NCBI GenBank assembly: GCA_002269645.1
Contig: NIVC01000099.1
Span: 434,001-498,000, forward strand
DNA length: 64,000 nucleotides
Origin: Macrostomum lignano
Taxonomy: Eukaryota
Direction: 5' to 3'
Within the stretch, counting starts at the first letter, position 1. Every line of letters starts with the position of its first letter. Shown in pieces: positions 14,029 through 25,008 of the stretch. Made by a program: the position numbers and the translations under genes. Below the pieces are notes generated by a model. It had not been told where the DNA came from, searched no databases, and saw only the letters and a program-made list of their open reading frames with translations.

Positions 14029-14396
14029 TTTGCCAGCTCGAAAGTCCTAGCAACGTATCTCTGCTCCTGGAATTCGACGAGGGCCCGCCGTTTATGCGGC
14101 ATCGTCCAGATTCGGCTGATCCGGCCGATGCGGCCGAACGCCTCGGACAGGTCGGCCTCGGAGACGTTCGCGGGAAGGTCGCGGGCCATCACCACCAAGG
14201 AGGACCGCTCTGAGCCCGGCCGCTGGTGCTGGGCCCGGAACTCCTCAGAGCGGCCCGCCGGGTCCGGCCGGTAGTGGTCACCGTACGGCACTCGGGCAGC
14301 GGGCCGGCCTCCGCGGCCGCCGCGACCTCTTGGGCCGCCTCTGGGCGGGCCGCCGCGAGACCCGCCGCCTCTGAAAGGAGCGCCGCGACTTGCCAT
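14029..14396 (-). CDS. HNRNPL: hnRNP L-like protein, exon 1 (RGG-rich N-terminus and RRM1)
   Basis: MASRGAPFRGGGSRGG... then SLVVMARDLPANVSEADLSEAFGRIGRI...KRRALVEF. Phase-2 donor AA|GTGAGC at 14028. Confidence 0.88.
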
Positions 14397-14444
14397 GGTT
14401 GAAGGCGAGTGCGCGGGGGCGGGCTAGTTAGACAATGGCAACTC

Positions 14445-16215
14445 TGTCATGGCTAAGGTGGCTGCAAACCCTCCCTGATGCTTCAGGTGGCTGCTAATCC
14501 TCTCTGATGCTTCAGGTGGCTGCTAATCCCTCTCGGATGCTTCAGGTGGCTGCTAATCCTCTCTGATGCTTCAGGTGGCTGCTAATCCCTCTCTGATGCT
14601 TCAGGTGGCTGCTAATCCCTCTCTGATGCTTCAGGTGGCTGCTAATCCCTCTCTGATGCTTCAGGTGGCTGCTAATCCCTCCCTGATGCTTCAGGTGGCT
14701 GCTAATCCCTCTCTGATGCTTCAGGTGGCTGCTAATCCTCTCTGATGCTTCAGGTGGCTGCTAATCCCTCTCTGATGCTTCAGGTGGCTGCTAATCCCTC
14801 TCTGATGCTTCAGGTGTCTGCTAATCCCTCTCTGATGCTTCAGGTGGCTGCTAATCCCTCTCGGATGCTTCAGGTGGCTGCTAATCTCTCTCTGATGCTT
14901 CAGGTGGCTGCTAATCCCTCTCTGATGCTTCAGGTGGCTGCTAATCTCTCTCTGATGCTTCAGGTGGCTGCTAATCCCTCTCCGATGCTTCAGGTGGCTG
15001 CTAATCCTCTCTGATGCTTCAGGTGGCTGCTAACCCTCTCTGATACTTCCTGTGGCTGCAAACCCTCCCTGATGCTTCAGGTGGCTGCTAATCCCTCTCT
15101 GATACTTCAGATGACTGCTAACCCCTCTCTGATGCTTCAGGTGGCTGCTAATCCCTCTCTGATGCTTCAGATGGCTGCTAATCCCTCTCTGATTCTTCAG
15201 GTGGCTGCTAATCCCTCTCTGATTCTTCAGGTGGCTGCTAATCCCTCTCTGATGCTTCAGGTGGCTGCTAATCCCTCTCTGATGCTTCAGGTGGCTGCTA
15301 ATCCCTCTCTGATGCTTCAGGTGGCTGCTAATCCCTCTCTGATGCTTCAGGTGGCTGCTAATCCCTCTCGGATGCTTCAGGTGGCTGCTAATCTCTCTCT
15401 GATGCTTCAGGTGGCTGCTAATCCTCTCTGATGCTTCAGGTGGCTGCTAACCCTCTCTGATACTTCCTGTGGCTGCAAACCCTCCCTGATGCTTCAGGTG
15501 GCTGCTAATCCCTCTCTGATACTTCAGATGACTGCTAACCCCTCTCTGATGCTTCAGGTGGCTGCTAATCCCTCTCTGATGCTTCAGATGGCTGCTAATC
15601 CCTCTCTGATTCTTCAGGTGGCTGCTAATCCCTCTCTGATTCTTCAGGTGGCTGCTAATCCCTCTCTGATGCTTCAGGTGGCTGCTAATCCCTCTCTGAT
15701 GCTTCAGGTGGCTGCTAATCCCTCTCTGATGCTTCAGGTGGCTGCTAATCCCTCTCTGATGCTTCAGGTGGCTGCTAATCCCTCTCGGATGCTTCAGGTG
15801 GCTGCTAATCTCTCTCTGATGCTTCAGGTGGCTGCTAATCCTCTCTGATGCTTCAGGTGGCTGCTAACCCTCTCTGATACTTCCTGTGGCTGCAAACCCT
15901 CCCTGATGCTTCAGGTGGCTGCTAATCCCTCTCTGATGCTTCAGATGGCTGCTAACCCCTCTCTGATTCTTCAGGTGGCTGCTAATCCCTCTCTGATTCT
16001 TCAGGTGGCTGCTAATCCCTCTCTGATGCTTCAGGTGGCTGCTAACCCTCTCTGATGCTTCAGGTGGCTGCTAATCCCTCTCTGATGCTTCAGGTGGCTG
16101 CTAATCCCTCTCTGATGCTTCAGGTGGCTGCTAACCCTCTCTGATACTTCCTGTGGCTGCAAACCCTCTCCGATGCTTCAGATGGCTGCTAACCCCTTTC
16201 TGATGCTTCAGATAG
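14445..16215. repeat. 30-bp minisatellite (GATGCTTCAGGTGGCTGCTAATCCCTCTCT)n
   Basis: Tandem units with a 417-bp higher-order duplication. Confidence 0.97.
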
Positions 16216-16825
16216 CTGGTGACTTCTCAGAAGTTACTAATAAGACTTCTTAATAAGCTTCAAAAAATAAAAGAAGCACGAACAAAATAACCATTAAAAT
16301 TGTTCATTAGAATACTTTATCTTAGTCCGCATTGCAATCAGAGGCAAATGTACCTCCAGTCTACTAAAATAGTAGTAGTTGAGTAGGGTCCGCATACACA
16401 CGAATGAACCATATCAAGGGTTTTGGCAGCGAGAGCATAACGCAGTGAGCAACAACTGTCATTCTGTTAATTACGGCACCAAAATAATTAATTAAAGGCC
16501 ACGAACATGATTAATTAAAAGCCTCAGTTAATGACAACCGGAAAACAAATACAGATAGCAATAGATTATTTCTATTGATACTAATATGACCTTCAAACGT
16601 TATTCTCGACTAGATCCCGTGTTGTATTGATCTTGAATCTATAAAGGACCATTAAAAAGCAATGCTATAACAATTAATTCTACTTTAACTTTTTTGTTTC
16701 TAATGAACTCTTTCATTTTTTTTAGACTATAAAACTGGAAATCAACGGCATCTTTGGCAGCAAAACAAAAAGTACAAAGTCCCTGTAGAATGAGCAGGTT
16801 TAAAAAGGGTTCTATGAATTGACAT

Positions 16826-16981
16826 TCAACTGTCCTTCTTGGCCATCGGCCGCTTTGCCTTGCGACCGCCGCTAGCCGCGGTGGTGGCGGCAGGCGCAGC
16901 GGCCGCAGGGTAGGCGGTGCGAATGTAGAACCGGACAATCAGGCAGGCCACGGCCGAGCTGACGCCCATCAGGTTCGGCAG
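16826..16981 (-). CDS. SLC50A1: SWEET (MtN3/SLC50) sugar transporter, last exon (TM7)
   Basis: CAG acceptor. LPNLMGVSSAVACLIVRFY contains the SWEET PN motif. TGA at 16826-16828. Confidence 0.8.
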   Translation of the reverse strand: MPNLMGVSSAVACLIVRFYIRTAYPAAAAPAATTAASGGRKAKRPMAKKDS

Positions 16982-17084
16982 CTGCAAACGGAAGGATGGG
17001 GCTGCTGGTTTATAATTTAGAAAATTTAACTAACCTGGCTACCAATCTGCCTGTGGTAAAAAGTTGTCAAAAAGTCTGTTCGAG

Positions 17085-17893
17085 CAGGCAAACAGACAGA
17101 CAGGGAAATAGACAGACAGAAGACAGACAGAAAAACAACAGGACAGACAGACAGACAGACGGACAGAGAGACAGACAGACAGACAGAGAAGCAGACAGAC
17201 AAAAAGACAAGCAGACAAGCAGACAGACAAAAAGACAAGCAGACAAGCAGACAGACAAAAAGACAAGCAGACAAGCAGACAGACAAAAGACAAGCAGACA
17301 AGCAGACAGACAAAAGACAAGCAGACAAGCAAAAGACAAGCAGACAAGCAGACAAGCAGACAGACAAAAAGACAAGCAGACAAGCAGACAGACAAAAAGA
17401 CAAGCAGACAAGCAGACAGACAAAAGACAAGCAGACAAGCAGACAGACAAAAGACAAGCAGACAAGCAGACAAGCAGACAAGCAGACAGACAAAAAGACA
17501 AGCAGACAAGCAGACAGACAAAAGACAAGCAGACAAGCAGACAGACAAAAGACAAGCAGACAAGCAGACAGACAAAAGACAAGCAGACAAGCAGACAGAC
17601 AGACAGACAAGAAGACAAGCAGACAGACAAAAGACAAGCTGACAGACAGACAGGCAAACAGACAAGCAGACAGACAAAAGACAAGCAGACAAGCAGACAG
17701 ACAGACAGACAGGCAAACAGACAAGCAGACAGACAAAAGACAAGCAGACAAGCAGACAGACAAAAGACAAGCAGACAGACAAAAGACAAGCAGACAGACA
17801 AAAGACAAGCAGACAGACAGACAGACAGGCAAACAGACAAGCAGACAGACAGACAGACAGACAGGCAAACAGACAAGCAGACAGACAGACAGG
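17085..17893. repeat. (ACAG/ACAA)n compound microsatellite, SWEET intron
   Basis: Directly visible. Confidence 0.97.
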
Positions 17894-17901
17894 AAACTCA
17901 C

Positions 17902-18152
17902 CACCACATTGAAGTCGCCAATGGCCTGTCCATAGAGACTCCACAGGCCGCTGCAGAGGGCGCCCGCCAGCAGGATCGGCAAATGGGTGCCGCCGGCGTC
18001 GCGGCTGGCCAGCATGCGGCCGATGTCCAGCAGCGGCAGCAGCTGGCACCGAGATGGCGCACAAACTCATCGTCGTTAGACAGCCAGTACAGGTGATAAT
18101 ACAGGGCTGAGAAATAGGCCAGCAGGGCCGTGAACTTGTAGCTGAAGCTGGT
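17902..18152 (-). CDS. SLC50A1: SWEET transporter exon (TM4-TM6) with frameshifting deletion in TM5
   Basis: TSFSYKFTALLAYFSALYYHLYWL...RHLGASCC, then a frame change, then PLLDIGRMLASRDA..THLPILLAGALCSGLWSLYGQAIGDFNVV. The exon is 251 nt but lies between two phase-0 introns. Confidence 0.8.
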
Positions 18153-18304
18153 CTGCGGAAAATTATTCAGTTAAATATTGACCACTATACTTGAAGTAGG
18201 CATGGCGGACTGTATGGCGAAATTACAGTATCGAAGTTCAGTGCGCAGGTGGCTCCTCAGGTTGGGGCAACAGCGGGAACTCAGCCAGCCAAGTGTTGAC
18301 GGCA

Positions 18305-18440
18305 AGTAATAATAATAATTGATTACACCTGCCCGAATGGCCAGATGTGCAGCCGACAGCTCAGCCGCAGCTATTGCGCGGCACATCTGAAGGCTGCGTA
18401 CGGCTGTTCAGTCCAAGGACTGGGGGGGGGTCGGGGGTCG

Positions 18441-18472
<32 letters not shown>

Positions 18473-18623
18473 CCAATGCTGGCACCCATTTTACAGCTGG
18501 GTGAACTGAAGCAACGCAGAGTCAAGCGTCTTGCTCAAGGCCACAAATTGTTCCGAGTGGGGCGAGATTCGAACCCCCGACCTATCAGCCGTGAGTCCGA
18601 CACTCTAATCACTAGACTACAAC
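18305..18623 (-). mobile_element. tRNA-derived SINE (copy 2)
   Basis: Reverse complement starts GTTGTAGTCTAGTGATTAGAG...GGTTCGAATC. Body has CAGTTCACCCAGCTGTAAAATGGGTGCCAG, then an (ATT)n tail. Confidence 0.85.
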
Positions 18624-18792
18624 CCCTGCCAGACAACAAGGCATGGCCAGTGAATATCCTACAAGACCCAAGCTTTTATGCCTGGTATGCCTGGCTGAGA
18701 ACCCAGAATCTGAGAAAGGCAAGCTGAATTGATGAAGGAATAAATAGCCAGTTAACCTATGCATCAAAACGAAGCGCAGAGTGGAAACTCAC

Positions 18793-18916
18793 CCAATCAG
18801 GGCTGTAAATCAGGTACAGAATCACATAAGCCGAATTCAATGCCAAACCAATTCCATTTAAAGTTATGAGATTGAAGTTCCCAATTAAAGAGCCATAATG
18901 CAGCCAGCCAAGGCCA
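18793..18916 (-). CDS. SLC50A1: SWEET transporter exon (TM2-TM3)
   Basis: CAG|T GGC...: GLGWLHYGSLIGNFNLITLNGIGLALNSAYVILYLIYSPDW, then GTGAGT donor. Confidence 0.85.
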
Positions 18917-19020
18917 CTGAAAGTGAAACCATATATATATTTATATTACCTTCATGTTAATAGTAATTTTTTATTAAGTAGATTATTAATACAGAGCCAT
19001 AACTATGAGTAGCAACTCAC

Positions 19021-19098
19021 TTGGCAATTGAAAACAGAAAGAAAAGCACTGGAGCATTTGATGCGTCTTTAGTCTTGTAAACATGGTAGCTGGATGGC
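19021..19098 (-). CDS. SLC50A1: SWEET transporter exon (loop after TM1 to TM2)
   Basis: TAG|G CCA...: PSSYHVYKTKDASNAPVLFFLFSIAN, with phase-2 donor AA|GTGAGT matching the next exon. The first exon (TM1) was not identified. Confidence 0.75.
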
Positions 19099-20381
19099 CT
19101 AAAAGGATTTAGGATTTTTGCCAGAAGTTTTAGTTTCAATTCAATAGAATGACTCACATATGCCAATAATTTTAGCTAAACCTCCCTTGAACAAAGTATA
19201 ATAGTTTGACTTTAAATGAACTCTCTATTAAAAAATAATACGAGTAATAAAAATCAAATTGTTTTATTTTGGGGCATCCTTACCTTTGAAGCCCATTTTA
19301 TATGCCAAGTTTATTCTAAGATGAATCTCTCAATAACTTTAGCTTGCACAATACAATATTTTAAGTCTTTTATAGCCATGATATACATATGATGTTTGAA
19401 ACCCAAAAGGTTTGACAGCATTTTTTAAAAGACACAAGTAGTTAAGGATAGAAGCTAATTATTCTCAAGGGCCTAAGATTTAGCGGCTAGCCTGCTAATA
19501 ATTTTAAACAATGGCTGTGAAATAATACTAGGAATAGCCTTTAAGTACCCATTTAGCTCTCATTGACTTAAACTCACTTAAAATATGACCTTGTAATTAG
19601 TAATATGTGTTTTTTCAGTAGATACTAAAACATTTCATGTCAATTTTCAGCCTACTGACTAAAATGCAACGATGTAGTGGTAAAAAAAGTGATACAACCT
19701 TAGACCATGTCCTGCAATTGACAGAGTGTGACAGACAAGTCGCAATTCTTGTTTTAACTTTGACTTGGCCAATCTGCCTCTGAGTGCTTGCAGATGCTTC
19801 AAAAAGCCTTGGGTGATGAGGCCCTATCCCAGACGATGGTGTCTAGGACACCAGTTTGTCCAGACAAACTTAACTAAATGCACTGGGTGCTGGCTGGTAG
19901 ACTCGTCAACTTTTTATTCGTCAACTGTTAATGTGCTAACATGTATATAAACAAGTATTCAATTAACTAAGCTCCTTTGTGCCACTGATCTGAGCACCCA
20001 CAAAGTCCACTATTAAAAAGTTTGGAATTTAGTTTTCGAATATATTCAATATAATTTAATAAACTATACAAATTTAACAAGTTTCCACTAAAAGAGAACG
20101 CATAGATTTCGTACGTCATACGTTTCATAAAGGTGAATCAAAAAAGCACAGCAGTTCCATAAGAAAAATTTAGGTCAACAAATCCGTAACAAATTGTAAA
20201 TAGTTAAAGCAAAAATATTGGGCAACAAATCAAAGGCCATAAACACTGAATGCTCAGCAAAATGCATAAAAAAGTTGCAAGAAGATGTACATGCTAAACA
20301 AACTACATGTAAAACTACATGCTTACATGTAAAAATCATTCTCTCAAAAGTCATTGAAAGCGTCAATGCGGCAGAGGCCAT

Positions 20382-21271
20382 CTACTGATTATGCTGCTTA
20401 GGTTTGCCAAACTTAGGCACATGACCAAGGCGCGAGAACTCCAGCAGAAATTCGCTGATTCGCTGAGTACCAGACTGCGTGGCATTCTGGTACTGCTGCC
20501 ACAGATCGTCGGTTTGCACATGGAGACGCCTGTATTTAGGTCTGTGCTGGCGCTGCACACATCCCTGTAGAACAAGCGAAATGTGCACTGGCACCAGAAG
20601 GGCCTCGTCGTTCAAGCGCTCCAGCAGGCGGTACAGACACAGCATGCATTTTTCTGCCCTTCTCTTTAGACGGTTATGCCAGCCTTCAATCTCGTTATTC
20701 GGTTATTCGTCCGAATAGCCTGGTTGAAGATGCTGATCTCCTCCCTGCGGTGCAGTGGGCTGTTCAGCCAGGTGCTGTCAACGTTCATTTTCCGCTTGGC
20801 ACATTCACGCACTCTGGGCTCACAGCTGTGCTGGCTTCTGCCCATCGAGAATGTCCCAGGCGGCTTTTCAATAAGTGTAGCAGGACATTTGGCACCTGCA
20901 TTTCTTTTAGTGCACCGCCAGTAGCGTGAGCCATGCACATGACGTGGATTCAAGCCAAAAACATACTCCGATGAACCAACTGCATGAATCACAATATCTT
21001 TGCCTCGTTCACTTCCCTTTGGCACAATAGTAAATGCTTCCAGACACTCTGCCTCTGCACCAATTTCCTCTATGATGGGCTCCGGTGTAGGTAATGAGTC
21101 TTCCAGAAGTAGAGGTGGCAATGGAGCTGGTGTCAGTGCCAGTGCATTCAGAGCAGTAGATGATGGTGGCTCCCGCACTTCTAGCTCTGGTAGTGAGTCC
21201 CCTAACAGTTGCGGCTCTTGCACTTCTGGCTCTGGCGGTGAGTACTCCAGCAGTTGAGGTTGAGGTGACAA
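20382..21271 (-). mobile_element. MULE (Mutator-like) transposase remnant with FLYWCH domain, DDE core deleted
   Basis: YWRCTKRNAGAKCPATL...HSC is FLYWCH-like, and TWLNS...FNQAIRTNN/EIEGWHNRL is the MULE C-terminal motif. An 8-bp tandem duplication (GTTATTCG, about 20693-20708) shifts the frame. Confidence 0.65.
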
Positions 21272-23069
21272 TGGTGCAGTGTAAAGATCCTGTATAAGTA
21301 TTGGATAGGGTAGGCCTATATCAGTGTATGTTTATGTAACAGTGGTGATTCCTATACACTGAAAATCCCACCGCTGAGACACTAAGTTGTAACAGGGGGT
21401 TTGCTTCCCTCTTTAGTTATCCCACTGCTGGTACCAAAGTTGTTACAGGCCTTTTGGCTCTCTATAAGAATCCACCAAAAGCTGTCCCAGGGCTCTTATT
21501 TATTCCTTTGTCTAGCCTTACTTGCTGCCACCAAGCTGTTGCAGGGGTTATCCCTTCTTGTTAGTATTGCTGGTTCTTACCCTTTACTCGTAGCGCATGT
21601 ACTTCTATTGGTAGCGTCTGTACTTCTATTGTACTTTCTGGCCTGAGCGGTCTAATAGCACTGTCTATTCTATTCCTATGCTTCCCCTAATATTATTCTC
21701 TCAGTCCTGGGCGTTCCCTGGATCAGAGGGTCACAGCTTATGCTCTTTCTCTGCCCTGAGGCAATCTTTCCCTCGCTCTGAGGCAGTTCTCCTGCCCTGA
21801 GGCGAATTTACTATTACTGCCCTGAGGCGATCTCTCGCTGTTAGCGATCTTCTCCCAATTTGGGGGTAATCCTTATAGAAATGAACAATCCAAATAAGAA
21901 TGCTTTAAAGACTTCTTATTGAGTGAACTTATTGCTTCAATATTATTCGAACAAGCGAATGAAGCGAGCAAGTTGCTCTTCTTGGCCCCATCTGGGCTCC
22001 TATTTATACCATTTCATATATATATTTAAAACAAACTTTGATTTTCTACAATATTATTTGCGCACACAACGTTAAAACAAAAATATTACTATTTGGCGGA
22101 AATTTGAATATGGTAATTTCTAAGAAAGCAATTGTTCGCGTAGACTAAAAATAAAGCCATATTTCATACTGTAAAGCAGATATATTACACTGCCTCATTT
22201 ATTGTAATATAAATATAAATATAATATAAATATATTAAAAAATAAAAATAAAATAAAATAGTAATAGTAATAATAGTAATAGGTTGATGATGCTTTACCC
22301 TAGCAATAAAATTAAAAATCAAAACATTCTTCTTACCTGCAGTAGGCCAAGTATAGCATAGCAAATGTATACCAGAGAAATCTGTTGTGCAGGCCACTTT
22401 TTTACTATGCCTTAGCTATACTATACAAGAAAGTTTGAACATTCCTAAATATAAAACTAGTGATATCTTGATACCCAAGTCTAACATTGCCTAAAGCTTA
22501 GTAACTGTATATATTTATCTAACTATATGTTTTCTACAATTTAAAACCATTCAAGCCAGTTTAGAAGCAGTATAAGCTGAGATATAAAGCATCTAAAAAT
22601 GATACCAAACTCAACAGTTAATATTATAATTAAAAAAGTTATTCATATAAAAATGAAAAAATCTTCAACTTTTGCAAAAAGGTCACATTCTGTAGGTCTA
22701 ATATATTTTGGCCATTTTTTTACAAATATATTAATAGGCCTAATTTTTTTATTACTGAACCAATTAACTAGAGTGAGCACTTTTTATGTTTATAATAACA
22801 TATTTAGCTTATCTATTTTTGTTATGAACAAAATAGAATTTAAAATTTTCAAAATCTTACTGAAGTCTCTATTATTGGAGTTCAAAATTTTAACTTAATT
22901 AGACCTATCTAAACAATCTTAGAGTCAAGTCTTAAATTGAATAAATTCAGTAACATTAATTGTTTCTAATGGAGAAATTATAGTTACAACTTAAAGGACA
23001 TATACAATGGTCTTCTCTACACCCTAGGAGCTAGAAATAGAAACAGCCAATTAAGAGAAATTGAAAGCT

Positions 23070-23645
23070 AGTGCATAGTCATTTTGTCTGCCACCCTTTT
23101 GTCTACTGGCAGACAAAATGACTTTTTAATAATAAGTAGCAAAACAGGTTTTATAAATGGCTAGAAGTAATCTATAGTTTATTTTTAGTAATTAGAATTT
23201 GCAAGCAATTTTTCAGATTAAGAATTATATATAATTGTTGTATTTTTTATTTTGTTTATCGTAATGTTTCTGGAATTACATTTATTCTTATATAGGCTTT
23301 AAATCTACATAGGAGTGAGATTTATAATTTGTGCCATGCGTGTAACCAGAAATCAGTCTTTTAAGCATTTTTTCAATCATATTTTTATGGACAACTACAT
23401 TGTCATTATTTGCCATCATGTTGTTAGACCTAATATTTAGAAATTACTTGTTTAAGTCATTATTACTAAGAAATGATCTTGATATCTTCATCACTGTTAT
23501 CTTATAATCACTATCTCAAATAATGACAACATACTTACACTTAATTAAAACTTTATTATTTGTGGCAGATGAAATGACTATTTCGTATTCTTGCAGACAA
23601 AAAGGTGGCAGACAAACTGGCAGCAGACAAAATTACTGTCAACCT
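23070..23645. mobile_element. Degenerate inverted-repeat element
   Basis: Left AGTCATTTTGTCTGCCACC..TTTTGTCT is mirrored by right AGACAAAAAGGTGGCAGACAAA...GCAGACAAAATTACTGTC. Confidence 0.5.
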
Positions 23646-23750
23646 GAAAGCTTCATAAGCCAATTAGAGCTGTGGCCACCTTAAACATGCACCTAAGGCT
23701 AAGGCCTAGCCCTAGCTTTATACATGTACATATATGTGATATATATTAAC

Positions 23751-25008
23751 CAGTGTTGGGCACTTCCGTTACCGAGTAACTTGTAAATGGTAACGCAAGT
23801 TACTTTTTCGTAAAGCGTTCCTTACGCAAGTTACTTTCCTATTTTGGTAACGGAGTAACGGTAAGTTACTCAAATTTCGGAAGTCCGTTACAGTTACTTT
23901 GCAACAATCGCAATATTTAAATTTAAAACTGATATGCTTAGCTATTACGCCAGTTGTCACATTTTTAGCATTTTTCATTCCTAAATTCAAAACTAAGTGA
24001 ATAATATCATACGGTATTACGCTGTAATTAATAAAGAAATACTTGAAACATGTTTTTACTTTGTTATTTTCGGTAAAATATTTTTGCTTTTCGTTTTTAA
24101 GTTAATAAAAATATTTTGTTTAGTTCTTAGAAACAAACAACCAAAGAAAGAAATTCATCTGTAGTCTCCACAAATCCACTCAGTGATCGACGTAGCCAGG
24201 AATTTTAATTGGGGGGGGGGGGCGGGTTGGCCTGGCTGGCCATGCCTCATGTTATTGCCACTTTTAGCGCCGCAGGCACTCATTTTAGCGCCGCAAGCAC
24301 TTATTTAAGCGCCGCAGGCACTCATTTAAGCGCCGCAGGCACTCAAATCGCCTCATGGTTTTTGGTACCCGCCACGCCCAACCCCACCCCCCAGGTGGGG
24401 TGTCTTGCAGGTGGGGTGAAGTTGCCGCCCCAACGATTGTTAAGGCGGCCTCCCTGGCTACACCACTAAAGTCCACTGGCACTGCACTGCACTGCACAAT
24501 AATTTAATATTAATGATAATAATTGAAAATAAATAAAAATACTAGTAAAGCAGACTGTAGAGTGGAGTAAAGCCAGATACTTATTACGAGCGATGTATTA
24601 TCAAGGACAACTGAAGTTACGTTAAGTTGTCCTTGTGTATTATAACTTATAATGTTATTAAAAATTAAATTGCGTTTTGCCTTTAACGTTTCTGACCTTC
24701 AGCTTCTCTTCTTTTTACGGAAAGGGCCTAAAGTGATTAAAATTTAATACAGTTACTGAAATTAATGTTGTTGTATTCTTCCTCCTGGCTTTCGCGATCA
24801 TTTGTGCTGTTCCATCACATTTGCAATGTTAAAAAAAGCAGAAAATTTTGTTAATAACATAGGTAACGGAAGTAAGTAACGGAAGTAACTTAAAAGTTAC
24901 CGGGTTTTTGTTCAAAGTTACTAGGCTAACGTAAGTTACTTTTTAAAAAGTGGTAACTTAAGTTACAGTAACGCAAGTTACTTTTTTTGAGTAACTTGCC
25001 CAACACTG
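23751..25008. mobile_element. Non-autonomous hAT DNA transposon
   Basis: 12-bp TIR CAGTGTTGGGCA/TGCCCAACACTG, perfect 8-bp TSD ATATTAAC (23743-23750 and 25009-25016), and many subterminal AGTAAC/GTTAC motifs. Confidence 0.9.
24181..24469. mobile_element. Small MITE nested in the hAT element
   Basis: Imperfect TIRs CAGTG..CGTAGCCAGG / CCTGGCTACACCACT, and a 7/8 TSD match AATCCACT/AGTCCACT. Confidence 0.5.

Noticed and set aside
13092-14274. Several 140-300 aa ORFs
   Set aside because: They derive from the purine-rich intronic repeat; splice sites define the true hnRNP L exons.
6085-16215. CRISPR-like appearance of the 24-30 bp repeats
   Set aside because: The units are head-to-tail with no unique spacers, there are no cas genes, and the context is eukaryotic.
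21388-22190. Possible solo LTR (TGTAAC...TTACA, with a TATA-like element on the minus strand)
   Set aside because: No matching TSD, partner LTR or PBS was found.
22335-22400. GTAAG donor as SWEET exon 1
   Set aside because: No frame gives a convincing SWEET TM1 with the needed phase, and no start codon was identified.
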